From: an uncultured Lachnospiraceae bacterium
Lineage (GTDB): Bacteria > Bacillota > Clostridia > Lachnospirales > Lachnospiraceae
Reading direction: 5' to 3'
DNA length: 64,000 nucleotides
NCBI GenBank assembly: GCA_964402925.1
Contig: CAYOED010000006.1
Span: forward strand, 1,953-65,952
The notes beneath the pieces were generated by a model. It was not told where the DNA came from and did no database searches. It saw nothing but the letters and a program-made list of their open reading frames with translations. The position numbers and the translations under genes are program-made. Positions 38,239 to 49,394 of this stretch are shown in pieces. Position 1 is the stretch's first letter. Each line of letters starts with the position of its first letter.

Positions 38239-39552
38239 CTAGTCATTTAAAAAACCTTTGTAATTACGTACCAACATCTGTGATTCAATCTGCTTGATTG
38301 TCTCGAGAAGCACGCTGACAATAATAATCAGACTGGTTCCTCCGAAAGAAACCGATGCGCCGAATATACCATTAAACAAAAACGGAACAATGCACACAAT
38401 CGTAAGACCTACTGCACCTATGAAGATAATGTAATTCAAAATTTTCGTCAAATATTCACTAGTAGGCTTGCCCGGTCTGATTCCCGGAATAAATCCACCC
38501 TGCTTTTTCATGTTCTCTGCAATCTCTATTGGATTGAACGTAATAGAAGTATAAAAATAAGCAAAGAAGATAACCAATGCAATATATACAACCAGCCCGA
38601 TGGAATAAACAGGTTCTGAAGGTTTACACCAGTTACCAGAATTTAATCCTCGCAGAATCTGTCCCCACACACCGCCTCCATTATATTTTAAAAAGCTGCT
38701 GACAATGATTGGCAGCTGCATCAGAGATGATGCAAAAATAATGGGAATAACACCGGCAGTGTTAATTTTTAAAGGAATGGAAGAGGTCTGACCTCCTACC
38801 ATTTTTCTTCCCTGGACTTTTTTAGCATACTGAACCGGAATTTTGCGGACACCATCATTTAAGATTATAACCATGACGATCATTGCCAGAATAATGGCTA
38901 AAATAATAATTGCCGCTACCGCTCCCACTGCAATTGCCTTGCCGAATACGAACTGTTCAAACAACTGCTTAATGTCCTGAGGAATTCTGGAAATAATATT
39001 GATAATCAGAACAATAGAAATACCATTTCCTACGCCCTTCTCCGTAATCCGCTCACCTACCCACATAAGGAATGCACTGCCGGCGGTAAGCGCCGTAATG
39101 ACAGTGATTACGCTGAGCACATTCTTATCCTTGAGCATGTTTCCATTCCAAAATGCAATTGCCATTGCAGAAGCTTCAATCAGTGCAAGTGCCACCGTCA
39201 CATAACGGGTAATGGAAGCAATCTTCTTTCTCCCATCTTCGCCTTCCTTCTGCATTTCTTCCAACTTCGGAATTGCAATCGTGAGCAGCTGCATAATAAT
39301 GGATGAGGTAATATATGGCGTAATATTCAAAGCCAGAATGGACATTTTTTCAAATGATCCGCCTGTAAATGCATTGAAAAAGCTGAAATCCTCTCCCATA
39401 TTATTATTGAACCAGTTTGAAAACTCCTCTATTTTTACACCCGGCACAGGCAGCTGTGATCCAAGACGAATCACAACCAGCATGCCTAATGTAAATAATA
39501 GCTTATTTCTAATCTCTTTGATTTTTAAAGCGTTTTTTAAGGTTGTAAACAT
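38239..39552 (-). CDS. secY: preprotein translocase subunit SecY
   Basis: 437-aa polytopic protein at the conserved position between rplO and adk. Confidence 0.96.
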   Translation of the reverse strand: MFTTLKNALKIKEIRNKLLFTLGMLVVIRLGSQLPVPGVKIEEFSNWFNNNMGEDFSFFNAFTGGSFEKMSILALNITPYITSSIIMQLLTIAIPKLEEMQKEGEDGRKKIASITRYVTVALALIEASAMAIAFWNGNMLKDKNVLSVITVITALTAGSAFLMWVGERITEKGVGNGISIVLIINIISRIPQDIKQLFEQFVFGKAIAVGAVAAIIILAIILAMIVMVIILNDGVRKIPVQYAKKVQGRKMVGGQTSSIPLKINTAGVIPIIFASSLMQLPIIVSSFLKYNGGGVWGQILRGLNSGNWCKPSEPVYSIGLVVYIALVIFFAYFYTSITFNPIEIAENMKKQGGFIPGIRPGKPTSEYLTKILNYIIFIGAVGLTIVCIVPFLFNGIFGASVSFGGTSLIIIVSVLLETIKQIESQMLVRNYKGFLND

Positions 39553-39553
39553 A

Positions 39554-40003
39554 TTACATCACCTCTGCAGTTCCACCAGCAGCTTCAATTTTTTCTTTTG
39601 CGGATGCACTGAAAGCATTTGCCTTTACTGTAAGCTTCTTGGTAATTTCTCCGTTTCCGAGGATCTTAACGCCATCCTTAGGATTTTTAACGATGCCGCT
39701 CTCCATTAATGCTTCTACGTCTACTACAGCGCCGTCTTCAAATCTGTCGTTCAATACAGCTAAATTGATACCAACGATTTCCTTTGAACTTGGGCAGGTA
39801 AAGCCTCTCTTAGGAATTCTTCTGTATAAAGGCATCTGACCACCTTCAAAGCCCGGTCTGGGTGCTCCTGAACGAGCCTTCTGACCCTTGTGTCCTTTAC
39901 CGGCTGTCTTGCCATTTCCTGAACCGTGTCCACGACCTCTTCTAAAATTATCACTATGCTTAGAACCTTCAGCAGGTCTTAAATTTGATAATTCAATACT
40001 CAA
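39554..40003 (-). CDS. rplO: 50S ribosomal protein L15
   Basis: The track starts at a GTG abutting the Shine-Dalgarno site. A TTG at 40003 lies 8 nt after AAGGAGG and gives (M)[13 protein letters not shown], the usual L15 N-terminus. Confidence 0.93.
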   Translation of the reverse strand: MSIELSNLRPAEGSKHSDNFRRGRGHGSGNGKTAGKGHKGQKARSGAPRPGFEGGQMPLYRRIPKRGFTCPSSKEIVGINLAVLNDRFEDGAVVDVEALMESGIVKNPKDGVKILGNGEITKKLTVKANAFSASAKEKIEAAGGTAEVM

Positions 40004-40025
40004 TGCTGACACCTCCTTATCTTTA

Positions 40026-40214
40026 TTAAACTTCTTCTACTTTAACTAAATGCCTGATCTGCTGAATCTGACCTCTTGTAGCTGCATTATCGGGCAGTAC
40101 AATTGATTTATTCAGCTTTCTAAGTCCCATAGAATTAACGGTAGCTTTATGCTTGGGAACTGCTCCGATAGGAGACTTTACTAAAGTGATCTTCAACATT
40201 TTCTGCTCTGCCAT
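40026..40214 (-). CDS. rpmD: 50S ribosomal protein L30
   Basis: [27 protein letters not shown]. Confidence 0.95.
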   Translation of the reverse strand: MAEQKMLKITLVKSPIGAVPKHKATVNSMGLRKLNKSIVLPDNAATRGQIQQIRHLVKVEEV

Positions 40215-40228
40215 CTTATCGTTCCCTC

Positions 40229-40738
40229 CTATGCCATAATTTCTTCTACAGATTTTCCACGCTTCTTAGCTACTTCCTCAGGTGTCTTAAGCGCATTTAA
40301 ACCTGCAATCGTTGCAAGTACAACATTCTGCTTATTGTTGGATCCTAATGATTTTGTACGGATATTTTTGATACCTGCAAGTTCACAGACAACACGGGCA
40401 GGACCACCAGCGATGATACCTGTACCTTCGGGAGCCTTCTTTAAAAGAACGGAAGCGGAACCGAATTTCCCTGTAAAATCATGTGTAATACTCTTATTGT
40501 CATCAATTGCTACAGAAACCATGTTTTTGATAGCATCCTCTTTACCTTTACGGATTGCCTCGGGAATTTCTGTTGCCTTACCAAGACCAGCGCCTACATG
40601 ACCATTCATGTCTCCAACTACTACCAGGGCTGTAAAACGCATGTTACGACCGCCCTTAACAACCTTGGTTACTCGCTTGATGGAAACTACTTTTTCTGTT
40701 AACTCCATGCCGCTGACATCGATAATTGTATGTCTCAT
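40229..40738 (-). CDS. rpsE: 30S ribosomal protein S5
   Basis: [29 protein letters not shown]. Confidence 0.97.
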   Translation of the reverse strand: MRHTIIDVSGMELTEKVVSIKRVTKVVKGGRNMRFTALVVVGDMNGHVGAGLGKATEIPEAIRKGKEDAIKNMVSVAIDDNKSITHDFTGKFGSASVLLKKAPEGTGIIAGGPARVVCELAGIKNIRTKSLGSNNKQNVVLATIAGLNALKTPEEVAKKRGKSVEEIMA

Positions 40739-40755
40739 GTTAAGTTTCTCCCTTC

Positions 40756-41124
40756 CTAGAATTTAAGACCAGCTTCTCTGGCTGCATCAGCTAATGCTGC
40801 AATCTTCCCCTGGTATATAAAGCCGCCTCTATCAAAGACTACGGTATCAATACCTTTTTCAATTGCTCTCTTGGCAATAACTGTTCCCAAATATGCTGCT
40901 GCATCAACGTTATTGGTTTTTTCCAGCTGTGCTTTTACTTCTTTTTCAACAGTAGAAGCTGCAACTAAAGTATTTCCAACTGTATCGTCAATAATTTGAG
41001 CATACATATGATTATTGCTTCTGAATACTGCAAGACGAGGTCTTTCAGCTGTACCGCTAAAACGGTTACGTATTTTCATGTGCTTTTTAACACGAACTTT
41101 TTGTCTTGACTCTTTACTAACCAT
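40756..41124 (-). CDS. rplR: 50S ribosomal protein L18
   Basis: [20 protein letters not shown]...[21 protein letters not shown]. Confidence 0.97.
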   Translation of the reverse strand: MVSKESRQKVRVKKHMKIRNRFSGTAERPRLAVFRSNNHMYAQIIDDTVGNTLVAASTVEKEVKAQLEKTNNVDAAAYLGTVIAKRAIEKGIDTVVFDRGGFIYQGKIAALADAAREAGLKF

Positions 41125-41141
41125 CTTTACACTCTCCTTAT

Positions 41142-41684
41142 CTATTTCTTACCAGTCTTACCAACTTTACGTCTGATTGTTTCATCAGCATACTTGATAC
41201 CTTTACCCTTGTAAGGCTCCGGTCTTCTCTTATCTCTGATTTCAGCTGCGAATTGGCCAACTTTTTCTTTGTCAATACCCTTAACGATAATGATGTTCTG
41301 ACCTTCAAGTACTGTCTCAATACCTTCAGGGTCAATCATCTCAACAGGGTGAGAATATCCTAAAGATAAGGTTAACTTGTTGCCGGATTTGGCTGCTCTG
41401 TAACCAACACCATTTACTTCCAGTTTCTTCTCATATCCGTTCGTAACACCTACAACCATATTGTTGATCAGGGTTCTAGTAAGACCATGTAAAGACTTCA
41501 TTTTCTTTAAATCATTAGGTCTGGAAACAATCACCTCTGTTCCTTCTACCTTGATTTCCATTTCAGCCGGAAGCACTCTTTCCAGTGTTCCTTTAGGACC
41601 TTTTACAGTCACTTTGTTATTTTCTGCAATCTCTACAGTAACGCCTGCAGGAATCGCGATTGGCATTCTTCCTATACGTGACAT
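41142..41684 (-). CDS. rplF: 50S ribosomal protein L6
   Basis: [17 protein letters not shown]...GYSHPV... Confidence 0.97.
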   Translation of the reverse strand: MSRIGRMPIAIPAGVTVEIAENNKVTVKGPKGTLERVLPAEMEIKVEGTEVIVSRPNDLKKMKSLHGLTRTLINNMVVGVTNGYEKKLEVNGVGYRAAKSGNKLTLSLGYSHPVEMIDPEGIETVLEGQNIIIVKGIDKEKVGQFAAEIRDKRRPEPYKGKGIKYADETIRRKVGKTGKK

Positions 41685-41748
41685 GCCCGTACCTCCTATA
41701 ATATTTGTTATAACTTAATAGTTTCAAACTCGAAAACTGCCGGCGTGC

Positions 41749-42150
41749 TTACCATACGTAAGCGAGCACTTCGCCGCCTACCTGAAGTTCTCTTGCCTTC
41801 TTATCGGTTACAACTCCCTGGTTCGTGGAAATGATTGCAATTCCAAGTCCGCCAAGTACTCTGGGGAGTTCTTCCTTACCGGCGTAGATACGAAGACCCG
41901 GCTTGGAAATTCTCTTTAATCCATTGATAATCTTATCGTTCCTGTCTGCACCATACTTCAAAGTGATGCGGATTGTCTTGAAGCTTCCTTCATCAATCAG
42001 ATCATATTTCTTAATATAGCCTTCTTCCAGAAGAATATCTGCAATAGCCAGTTTCATTTTGGAAGAGGGAACATCTACTGTATCATGTTTTGCAGTATTT
42101 GCATTACGGATTCTTGTAAGCATATCTGCAATAGGATCACTCATTGTCAT
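41749..42150 (-). CDS. rpsH: 30S ribosomal protein S8
   Basis: [18 protein letters not shown]...GGEVLAYVW. Confidence 0.97.
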   Translation of the reverse strand: MTMSDPIADMLTRIRNANTAKHDTVDVPSSKMKLAIADILLEEGYIKKYDLIDEGSFKTIRITLKYGADRNDKIINGLKRISKPGLRIYAGKEELPRVLGGLGIAIISTNQGVVTDKKARELQVGGEVLAYVW

Positions 42151-42181
42151 TTTATTTCCTCCTATATGAATTTCAATAAAC

Positions 42182-42367
42182 CTACCAACTAGCTTTCTTT
42201 ACACCGGGGATCTGACCCTTGTAAGCTAATTCACGGAAGCAAATTCTGCAGATTCCGTATTTTCTAAGAACAGCGTGCGGACGTCCACAAACTCTGCAGC
42301 GGGTATACGCTCTGGTGGAGAATTTCGGTTTGCGCTGCTGTTTAATCTTCATTGATGTTTTAGCCAT
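42182..42367 (-). CDS. rpsN: 30S ribosomal protein S14 type Z (zinc-binding)
   Basis: 61 aa with [23 protein letters not shown] (CxxC...CxxC). Confidence 0.96.
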   Translation of the reverse strand: MAKTSMKIKQQRKPKFSTRAYTRCRVCGRPHAVLRKYGICRICFRELAYKGQIPGVKKASW

Positions 42368-42381
42368 GAATTTACCTCCTT

Positions 42382-42921
42382 CTATTTAGCAAATGGCATA
42401 TTAAACAATCTTAATAATTCACGTGCTTCTTCATCTGTCTTTGCTGTTGTGACAAAGATGACATCCATTCCTCTTACTTTATCTACCTTATCGTATTCAA
42501 TTTCAGGGAAGATAAGCTGCTCTTTGATACCAAGTGAGTAATTACCTCTTCCATCAAATGAGTTAGGGTTCACACCCCTGAAGTCACGCACACGGGGCAA
42601 TGCAAGATTTACGAGACGATCCAGAAAATCATACATCTTCTCCCCACGTAAGGTAACTTTACATCCGATTGCCATACCTTCTCTGATCTTGAAGTTAGCA
42701 ACGGACTTTTTAGCTTTTGTAAGTACAGCCTTCTGACCTGCGATTGTCTCAAGGTCCTTCACAGCAGATTCCAATACTTTCGCATTGTCTTTTGCTTCGC
42801 CAACACCCATGTTGATAACAATCTTGTCAAGCTTCGGTACTTCCATAACATTCTTATATCCGAACTTTTTGATCATAGCATCTACGATCTCGTCATTATA
42901 CATCGTTTTAAGTCTGCTCAC
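42382..42921 (-). CDS. rplE: 50S ribosomal protein L5
   Basis: GTG start giving (M)[12 protein letters not shown]..., 9 nt after AGGAGA. Confidence 0.96.
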   Translation of the reverse strand: MSRLKTMYNDEIVDAMIKKFGYKNVMEVPKLDKIVINMGVGEAKDNAKVLESAVKDLETIAGQKAVLTKAKKSVANFKIREGMAIGCKVTLRGEKMYDFLDRLVNLALPRVRDFRGVNPNSFDGRGNYSLGIKEQLIFPEIEYDKVDKVRGMDVIFVTTAKTDEEARELLRLFNMPFAK

Positions 42922-42945
42922 GCTTCCAGTTCTCCTTTCCTAGAA

Positions 42946-43257
42946 TTAATCAATCACTTCGCCTGTTGATTTTGCAAAACGTACTTTCTTGTCGTTTTCA
43001 AATTTGAAACCAACTCTTGTTGTCTGTCCCTTGTGGACATACATTACGTTTGAGATATCAATGGGCGCTTCTTTTTGAATAATTCCGCCATTCTGGTTCG
43101 CTGCTGAAGGTTTTGTATGTTTTGTAACCATGTTGGCGCCCTCTACGATAACCTTGTGGTTTTTAGCGTCAACAGACATTACCTTTCCTTCTGTTCCTTT
43201 ATCTTTGCCGGCGATTACTTTAACGGTATCGCCTTTTTTAATTTTTAAAGTTGCCAT
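42946..43257 (-). CDS. rplX: 50S ribosomal protein L24
   Basis: Start ATG at 43257 (MATLKIKKGDTVKVIAGKDKG) after GGAGG. Confidence 0.96.
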   Translation of the reverse strand: MATLKIKKGDTVKVIAGKDKGTEGKVMSVDAKNHKVIVEGANMVTKHTKPSAANQNGGIIQKEAPIDISNVMYVHKGQTTRVGFKFENDKKVRFAKSTGEVID

Positions 43258-43269
43258 GCTACGCACCTC

Positions 43270-43638
43270 CTATAATACTTCCGGAGCCAGAGAGACAATC
43301 TTCATGAACTGTTTTTCACGAAGTTCTCTTGCTACCGGTCCAAAAATACGTGTTCCTCTGGGAGTCTTATCATCTTTAATGATAACAGCAGCATTTTCAT
43401 CAAATTTAATATAAGAACCATCTTTACGACGTGCGCCCTTAACGGTACGGACAACAACAGCCTTTACGACATCACCTTTTTTTACAACGCCGCCTGGTGT
43501 TGCATCTTTAACCGTAGCAACAATCACATCACCGATACTTGCATATCTTCTTGTGGATCCACCCATTACTCTGATGCAAAGGATTTCTTTTGCACCTGTA
43601 TTGTCAGCGACTTTCAGTCTGCTTTCCTGTTGAATCAT
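43270..43638 (-). CDS. rplN: 50S ribosomal protein L14
   Basis: [24 protein letters not shown]. Confidence 0.98.
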   Translation of the reverse strand: MIQQESRLKVADNTGAKEILCIRVMGGSTRRYASIGDVIVATVKDATPGGVVKKGDVVKAVVVRTVKGARRKDGSYIKFDENAAVIIKDDKTPRGTRIFGPVARELREKQFMKIVSLAPEVL

Positions 43639-43662
43639 GCCAATTCTCCTTCCAAAATATTC

Positions 43663-43920
43663 CTATTTAGCTTTTTCTACGATTTCTACAAGTCTCCATC
43701 TCTTATCTTTGGATAAAGGTCTTGTTTCCATCACTTTAACGGTATCACCGATGCCGCACTCGTTGTTTTCGTCATGCGCTTTTAACTTGTAAGTATTCTT
43801 AACGACTTTTTTGTAAAGCGGATGTTTCACATGTTCTTCGATTGCAACAACGATTGTTTTATCCATTTTATCACTGATAACTTTACCGGTACGTGTTTTT
43901 CTTAAATTTCTTTCTGCCAC
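43663..43920 (-). CDS. rpsQ: 30S ribosomal protein S17
   Basis: [22 protein letters not shown]...[11 protein letters not shown]. Confidence 0.96.
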   Translation of the reverse strand: MAERNLRKTRTGKVISDKMDKTIVVAIEEHVKHPLYKKVVKNTYKLKAHDENNECGIGDTVKVMETRPLSKDKRWRLVEIVEKAK

Positions 43921-43970
43921 GACTTTTTGTCTCCTTTCTTCGACATTCCTGCAACTTGATCTTTAAGGTC

Positions 43971-44177
43971 TTATGCCTCTTTCTGTTTCTGTGTAATCAC
44001 TGTCTGAATTCTTGCGATATTTCTTCTGACTTCTTTAATTCTTGCGGTATTATCCAGCTGATTCGTTGCATTCTGGAATCTCAAATTGAAAAGTTCTTTC
44101 TTAGCTGCCACTAAATCCTCAGCCAGCGCTGCAGCTGATTTTGCCTGTAAATCTTCTACATACTTGTTAGTTTTCAT
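43971..44177 (-). CDS. rpmC: 50S ribosomal protein L29
   Basis: Internal ATG at 44177 ([14 protein letters not shown]...[13 protein letters not shown]). The upstream part of the track ORF overlaps rplP. Confidence 0.94.
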   Translation of the reverse strand: MKTNKYVEDLQAKSAAALAEDLVAAKKELFNLRFQNATNQLDNTARIKEVRRNIARIQTVITQKQKEA

Positions 44178-44604
44178 TTGATGCACCACCTTCCAAGTCT
44201 GCCTTAGAAACGATCTTGCATTTGCAAGGAAGCTTATGTGTTGCAAGACGCAACGCTTCTTTAGCGATTTCTTCGGAAACTCCTGCGATTTCAAACATAA
44301 CACGTCCGGGTTTAACAACTGCTACCCAGTACTCCAGTGTACCTTTACCGGAACCCATACGTGTTTCTGCGGGTTTTGCTGTTACTGGTTTGTCAGGGAA
44401 AATCTTGATCCAGACTTTACCGCCACGCTTGATATAACGAGTCATAGCGACACGGGCTGCTTCAATCTGGTTTGATTTAATCCAACATGGCTCTAATGCA
44501 ACAATACCGTATTCACCGTAAGTAATTGTGTTGCCGCGAGTTGCTTTTCCTCTCATGGTGCCACGGAACTGTTTACGACGTTTAACTCTTTTAGGCATTA
44601 ACAT
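44167..44604 (-). CDS. rplP: 50S ribosomal protein L16
   Basis: [21 protein letters not shown]. The start overlaps the rpsC stop by 1 nt. Confidence 0.97.
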   Translation of the reverse strand: MLMPKRVKRRKQFRGTMRGKATRGNTITYGEYGIVALEPCWIKSNQIEAARVAMTRYIKRGGKVWIKIFPDKPVTAKPAETRMGSGKGTLEYWVAVVKPGRVMFEIAGVSEEIAKEALRLATHKLPCKCKIVSKADLEGGASNEN

Positions 44605-45275
44605 TATTTATCGCTCCCTTCCTGCACTGTCTTTTCTTCATTCTTCTTGGTAGGAAGTACTTCACCCTTGTAGATCCATACTTTTACACCTACTTTACCA
44701 TAGGTTGTATCAGCTTCAGCGAATCCATATTCGATATCAGCACGGAGTGTCTGAAGAGGAATCGTACCTTCGCTGTAGAACTCTGTACGAGCCATATCCG
44801 CACCGCCAAGACGTCCGGAAACAGATGTCTTGATACCGAGTGCGCCTGCTTTCATGGTTCTTCCCATGCAGGACTTCATAGCACGTCTGAAGGAAACACG
44901 ATTTTCAAGCTGCTGTGCGATATTTTCTGCAACAAGCTGTGCATCCTTGTCAGGTCTCTTGATTTCTTTAATGTCTACCAGTACTTTCTTTCCTGTCATC
45001 TTGGAAAGTTCTTTCTTGGTCACTTCGATTTCAGCACCGCCCTTACCGATTACGACACCGGGCTTAGCTGTATAAATGATAACTTTTACTCTGTCGGAAG
45101 CTCTTTCGATTTCAATCTTGGAAACTCCGGCACTGTATAATTTCTTTTTCAGGAATTTTCTGATGTCATAGTCTTCTACAAGAAAATCAGAAAAATCTGC
45201 TTCTGCGTACCATTTAGAATCCCAATCCTTAATAATACCGACTCTTAAGCCGTGAGGATTAACTTTCTGTCCCAT
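44604..45275 (-). CDS. rpsC: 30S ribosomal protein S3
   Basis: [24 protein letters not shown]. Confidence 0.98.
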   Translation of the reverse strand: MGQKVNPHGLRVGIIKDWDSKWYAEADFSDFLVEDYDIRKFLKKKLYSAGVSKIEIERASDRVKVIIYTAKPGVVIGKGGAEIEVTKKELSKMTGKKVLVDIKEIKRPDKDAQLVAENIAQQLENRVSFRRAMKSCMGRTMKAGALGIKTSVSGRLGGADMARTEFYSEGTIPLQTLRADIEYGFAEADTTYGKVGVKVWIYKGEVLPTKKNEEKTVQEGSDK

Positions 45276-45290
45276 AAAATTTCTCTCCTC

Positions 45291-45695
45291 CTATCTTTCA
45301 TCCAGCACAATTGTAATGTGGCTCATTCTCTTTTCGATTCTGTAAGCTCTTCCCTGTGCTCTCGGTCTTACTCTTTTCATTGTAGGTCCTTTGTTTGCAT
45401 AACATTCTGCAACGTAAAGGTGCTCCGGATTCGGATACTTTGTAGGGTCCTGGCTGTACAAATATTCAGCATTTGCACGGGCAGACTCTAATAATTTCTT
45501 GATGATGCTGGAAGCATATCTGGGATTGTATTCAAGAATACCCAGTGCAGTTTCCACATCTTTGCCTCTGATGGCATCTAATACGAAACATGCTTTCTGA
45601 ACAGACACTCTTGCGTAAGATAACTTAGCTGAAGGTCTTGTATCTTTCTGCGCATTTCTCTCTCTTTTAATTTGGGATCTATGTCCTTTTGCCAT
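45291..45695 (-). CDS. rplV: 50S ribosomal protein L22
   Basis: YARVSVQKACFVLDAIRGK...GPTMKRVRPRAQGRAYRIEKRMSHITIVL. Confidence 0.96.
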   Translation of the reverse strand: MAKGHRSQIKRERNAQKDTRPSAKLSYARVSVQKACFVLDAIRGKDVETALGILEYNPRYASSIIKKLLESARANAEYLYSQDPTKYPNPEHLYVAECYANKGPTMKRVRPRAQGRAYRIEKRMSHITIVLDER

Positions 45696-45706
45696 GATGA
45701 AACCTC

Positions 45707-45988
45707 CTATCTTACTTTAGACTTCTTTTCGTCTTTTCCGTGTCCTCTATAAGTTCTGGTTGCAACAAATTCACCTAATTTATGTCCAACCATATCCTCT
45801 GTCACATATACAGGCACATGTTTTCTTCCGTCATGCACTGCAAATGTGTGTCCCACAAAAGAGGGGAAGATTGTGGAACGACGGGACCAGGTCTTAATAA
45901 CCTGCTTCTGTCCTGCTGCATTCATTGCATCTACTTTTTTAAGCAGACTTGCATCTGCAAAAGGTCCTTTTTTCAGTGATCTAGCCAT
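45707..45988 (-). CDS. rpsS: 30S ribosomal protein S19
   Basis: [12 protein letters not shown]...[30 protein letters not shown]. Confidence 0.98.
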   Translation of the reverse strand: MARSLKKGPFADASLLKKVDAMNAAGQKQVIKTWSRRSTIFPSFVGHTFAVHDGRKHVPVYVTEDMVGHKLGEFVATRTYRGHGKDEKKSKVR

Positions 45989-46007
45989 TTTCTTCTCTCC
46001 TCCTTAA

Positions 46008-46850
46008 TTATTTGATGGCTCTGCCGTCTCTTCTTCTTACGATCAACTTATTAGAAGCTTTTTTCTTCTTACGCGTCTTAAGTCCGAGAGCAGGCTTGCC
46101 CCAAGGTGTGCAGGGACCGGGACGTCCGATACCGGTCTTTCCTTCACCACCGCCGTGAGGATGGTCGTTCGGGTTCATAACAGAACCACGTACTGTAGGG
46201 CGGATACCCATATGGCGCTTACGTCCTGCTTTACCAATCTTAATCAGGCTGTGATCAACATTACCTACAACACCAACTGTTGCACGGCAGTTAATCGGCA
46301 CCATTCTCATTTCGCCTGAAGGAAGACGAAGTGTTGCATATTTTCCTTCTTTTGCCATCAACTGCGCACTGTTTCCAGCGGAACGTACCAGCTGACCGCC
46401 CTTACCGGGATATAATTCAACGTTGTGTACCTGTGTACCAACGGGAATTGCTGCTAAAGGAAGGCAATTGCCGATTCTCACTTCGGCTTCGGATCCGTTC
46501 ATGACCTTCATGCCGTCTTTTAATCCTTCGGGAGCAATGATATATGCCTTTTCCCCGTCTGCATAACAGATTAGTGCAATGTTTGCAGTTCTGTTAGGAT
46601 CATATTCGATTCCGATTACTGTTGCAGGAATTCCATCCTTATTTCTCTTGAAATCTACAATTCTGTATTTTCTCTTGGAACCGCCTCCGCGGTGTCTTAC
46701 TGTGATTTTACCCTGATTATTACGACCTGAATTCTTCTTCAATGAAGTAACAAGTGATTTCTCCGGTGTTGTCTTTGTGATTTCCGAGAAATCAGAACCG
46801 GTCATATTTCTTCTGGAAGGTGTATATGGGTTATATGTCTTAATTCCCAT
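46008..46850 (-). CDS. rplB: 50S ribosomal protein L2
   Basis: Start ATG at 46850 ([14 protein letters not shown]) after AAAGGAG. Conserved [12 protein letters not shown]. Confidence 0.97.
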   Translation of the reverse strand: MGIKTYNPYTPSRRNMTGSDFSEITKTTPEKSLVTSLKKNSGRNNQGKITVRHRGGGSKRKYRIVDFKRNKDGIPATVIGIEYDPNRTANIALICYADGEKAYIIAPEGLKDGMKVMNGSEAEVRIGNCLPLAAIPVGTQVHNVELYPGKGGQLVRSAGNSAQLMAKEGKYATLRLPSGEMRMVPINCRATVGVVGNVDHSLIKIGKAGRKRHMGIRPTVRGSVMNPNDHPHGGGEGKTGIGRPGPCTPWGKPALGLKTRKKKKASNKLIVRRRDGRAIK

Positions 46851-46911
46851 GACTCTTTCTCCTTTCAAGTCCCATTTCATATCGCACTTTTTTGTGCATA
46901 GTTTCTATCTT

Positions 46912-47211
46912 TTAGAGCCCAGCAAAAATTTCAATTTCCTTGCTGTCTTCTGTCAGCCACACGATTGCCTTTTTGGTCTTTGCAGTCTTACCGTATGTCA
47001 TGCCGCGTCTTTTGGTCTTTCCATCCATGTTCATGGTGTTGACCTTGGCAACCTTTGTTCCTTCGAACATCTTTTCAACTGCTTCTTTGATCATCGTCTT
47101 ATTTGCTTCGGGATGAACCAAAAAAGTATATTTCTTTTCGCTCATACCAGCCATACTCTTTTCAGTAATAACCGGTTTAAGGATTACGTCATAATATTGA
47201 ATTGCTGCCAT
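46912..47211 (-). CDS. rplW: 50S ribosomal protein L23
   Basis: [14 protein letters not shown]...[20 protein letters not shown]. Confidence 0.96.
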   Translation of the reverse strand: MAAIQYYDVILKPVITEKSMAGMSEKKYTFLVHPEANKTMIKEAVEKMFEGTKVAKVNTMNMDGKTKRRGMTYGKTAKTKKAIVWLTEDSKEIEIFAGL

Positions 47212-47831
47212 TATGCATACACCTCCTCAATCTTCGCTACGGCATCCTTGGTGAGAACCAGTGTGTCACCTTTAAGGATATCGTAAACATTCATTGTGTT
47301 AACCTGTGCTGTATCAACAGTGGGAAGGTTTCTTGCAGATAAAACAATTTTTTCATCAGCGTCAGCGATTACAACCAGTGCCTTGTTTACTTTCAGATTG
47401 TCCATCACTGCTTTGAACTTCTTGGTCTTGATTTCATCAAACTTAAGTTCATCTACTACGATCAGCTTTCCATCCTGTACTCTGCTTGTGAGAACGGATT
47501 TAAGCGCTGCTCTCTTTTCTTTCTTATTTAATTTGAATGAATAGTCTCTTGGAACGGGTGCAAATACAACACCGCCGCCTTTCCACTGGGGAGCTCTTGT
47601 TGAACCCTGTCTTGCGTGACCGGTTCCTTTCTGTCTCCAAGGTTTTCTACCGCCGCCGGAAACTTCAGAACGTGTTTTTGCCTTCTGTGTTCCCTGACGC
47701 TTATTAGCAAGATGCTGCACAACTGCCATGTGTACCAGGTGTTCGTTAACTGAAACCCCGAATACCGCATCGTTTAATTCCATTGTGCCGACTTCTTTGC
47801 CTTCCATATTATAAACAGATACGTTTGCCAT
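47211..47831 (-). CDS. rplD: 50S ribosomal protein L4
   Basis: [30 protein letters not shown]. Confidence 0.97.
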   Translation of the reverse strand: MANVSVYNMEGKEVGTMELNDAVFGVSVNEHLVHMAVVQHLANKRQGTQKAKTRSEVSGGGRKPWRQKGTGHARQGSTRAPQWKGGGVVFAPVPRDYSFKLNKKEKRAALKSVLTSRVQDGKLIVVDELKFDEIKTKKFKAVMDNLKVNKALVVIADADEKIVLSARNLPTVDTAQVNTMNVYDILKGDTLVLTKDAVAKIEEVYA

Positions 47832-47859
47832 CTGAATGGTCCTCCTTTCATCAATCAGC

Positions 47860-48543
47860 TTAAGCCATAGCCTTAACAGTTTCTTTGATTGTAACTAAGG
47901 CTTTCTTCGGTCCGGGTACTGCACCCTTTACAAGAAGCAAATTCTTTTCAGCATCTACTCTTACAACTTCAAGGTTCTGCACTGTAACCTTCACGCAGCC
48001 CATGTGGCCAGGCATTCCTTTGCCCTTAAATACACGGCTCGGTGAAGAGCAGGCGCCATTGGAACCTTGATGACGATGGAATTTGGAACCATGCGCCATG
48101 GGACCTCTGTGCTGACCGTGTCTCTTGATTGCGCCCTGGAATCCTTTACCTTTGGAAATCGCAGATGCATCAATCTTATCGCCAGCCTCAAACATATCCA
48201 CTTTGATTTCACTTCCAAGTGTATATTCCTCGGCATTATCAAACTTGAACTCTCTGACATATCTCTTGCAGGAAACACCTGCCTTATCGAAATGCCCCTT
48301 CAGAGCCTTGTTAACGCCATGTCTGTGAATGACTTCTTTCTTTCCGCTCTTGTCCTTGTTTACAATTCTTTCCTTCTTGTCAACAAAGCCAACCTGTACT
48401 GCGCTGTAACCATCATTTTCAACTGTCTTGATCTGTGTTACCACACAGGGTCCAGCCTGAAGTACAGTTACAGGAATCAAGCTGCCATCCTCACCAAAAA
48501 TCTGAGTCATTCCGATTTTGGTAGCTAAAATACCTTTTTTCAT
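47860..48543 (-). CDS. rplC: 50S ribosomal protein L3
   Basis: [16 protein letters not shown]...[12 protein letters not shown]. Confidence 0.97.
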   Translation of the reverse strand: MKKGILATKIGMTQIFGEDGSLIPVTVLQAGPCVVTQIKTVENDGYSAVQVGFVDKKERIVNKDKSGKKEVIHRHGVNKALKGHFDKAGVSCKRYVREFKFDNAEEYTLGSEIKVDMFEAGDKIDASAISKGKGFQGAIKRHGQHRGPMAHGSKFHRHQGSNGACSSPSRVFKGKGMPGHMGCVKVTVQNLEVVRVDAEKNLLLVKGAVPGPKKALVTIKETVKAMA

Positions 48544-48605
48544 TTCTTTACCTCCATTTGCTTCTACAGCGGGCCTCTATCGGGCCATTCTAGTGTAATG
48601 GTTTC

Positions 48606-48923
48606 TTACTTGTTTTTCATCTTGATATCAATATACACACCGGCAGGCATCTCTAATCTCTGCAGAGCATCTACCGTCTTAGGTGTAGGTGTGATGATAT
48701 CGATCAGTCTCTTGTGAGTTCTCTGTTCGAACTGTTCTCTGGAATCTTTGTACTTGTGAACCGCTCTTAAGATTGTAACAACTTCCTTCTTAGTGGGAAG
48801 GGGTACCGGTCCGCTTACCTGTGATCCATTCTTCTTGACTGTTTCGATGATTTTTTTGGCAGATGCATCAACCAGCTGATGATCATAAGCCTTGAGTGTG
48901 ATTCTCATTACTTGACTTGCCAT
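48606..48923 (-). CDS. rpsJ: 30S ribosomal protein S10
   Basis: [14 protein letters not shown]...SGPVPLPT...[17 protein letters not shown]. Confidence 0.97.
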   Translation of the reverse strand: MASQVMRITLKAYDHQLVDASAKKIIETVKKNGSQVSGPVPLPTKKEVVTILRAVHKYKDSREQFEQRTHKRLIDIITPTPKTVDALQRLEMPAGVYIDIKMKNK

Positions 48924-49233
48924 AAAAAAAGTCGCCTCCTTTTCGCACTTTTAAATGAATTAAGTACGACAAGCGGTGACTGTACACTCTCCCGTGCGTG
49001 TCCTGCCTCTCTTTAAAGTTAAGCACAGATTTCTCTGCGCACTTTAAGGGGCACGCTTAACGCCCGTGTTTCTGTCTTATTCGACAGACGATATGTTTGT
49101 ACAGTGACTTGCCGTCAGGTTCTTAGGTCTGGCAGTTGCCAGCCTCTTGACATTCGCTCCACGGAAAACCTGCAGTGCCTTTCGGCAAAGCAGCAACCTC
49201 ACGCTTCATCGCTATCATGCCACAGCAATTGAT

Positions 49234-49262
49234 AGTATACATGATGTTTTCGAATCATGCAA
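49234..49262 (-). promoter_or_regulatory. S10 operon promoter
   Basis: On the minus strand: TTGCAT (49257-49262), 17 nt, TATACT (49234-49239). An A-rich UP-like tract precedes it (minus-strand complement of 49268-49290). Confidence 0.6.
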
Positions 49263-49296
49263 GGGGTTTTTGAAATTTTTTTTGATGTTTTGAAAT

Positions 49297-49390
49297 GAGC
49301 GGGGGGATGGGGTTCAGATAGGGGGAGGGACGTGAGAGGATTTGGGGCGGGGAGGCGGGGCGTTAGGGGCAAAGCGCAACTCCCCCGCTC
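49297..49390 (+). other. G-run-rich tract closed by a 9-bp inverted repeat
   Basis: Eight runs of 3 or more G between 49301 and 49369 on the plus strand. They are flanked by GAGCGGGGG (49297-49305) and CCCCCGCTC (49382-49390). Confidence 0.8.
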
Positions 49391-49394
49391 TCAC

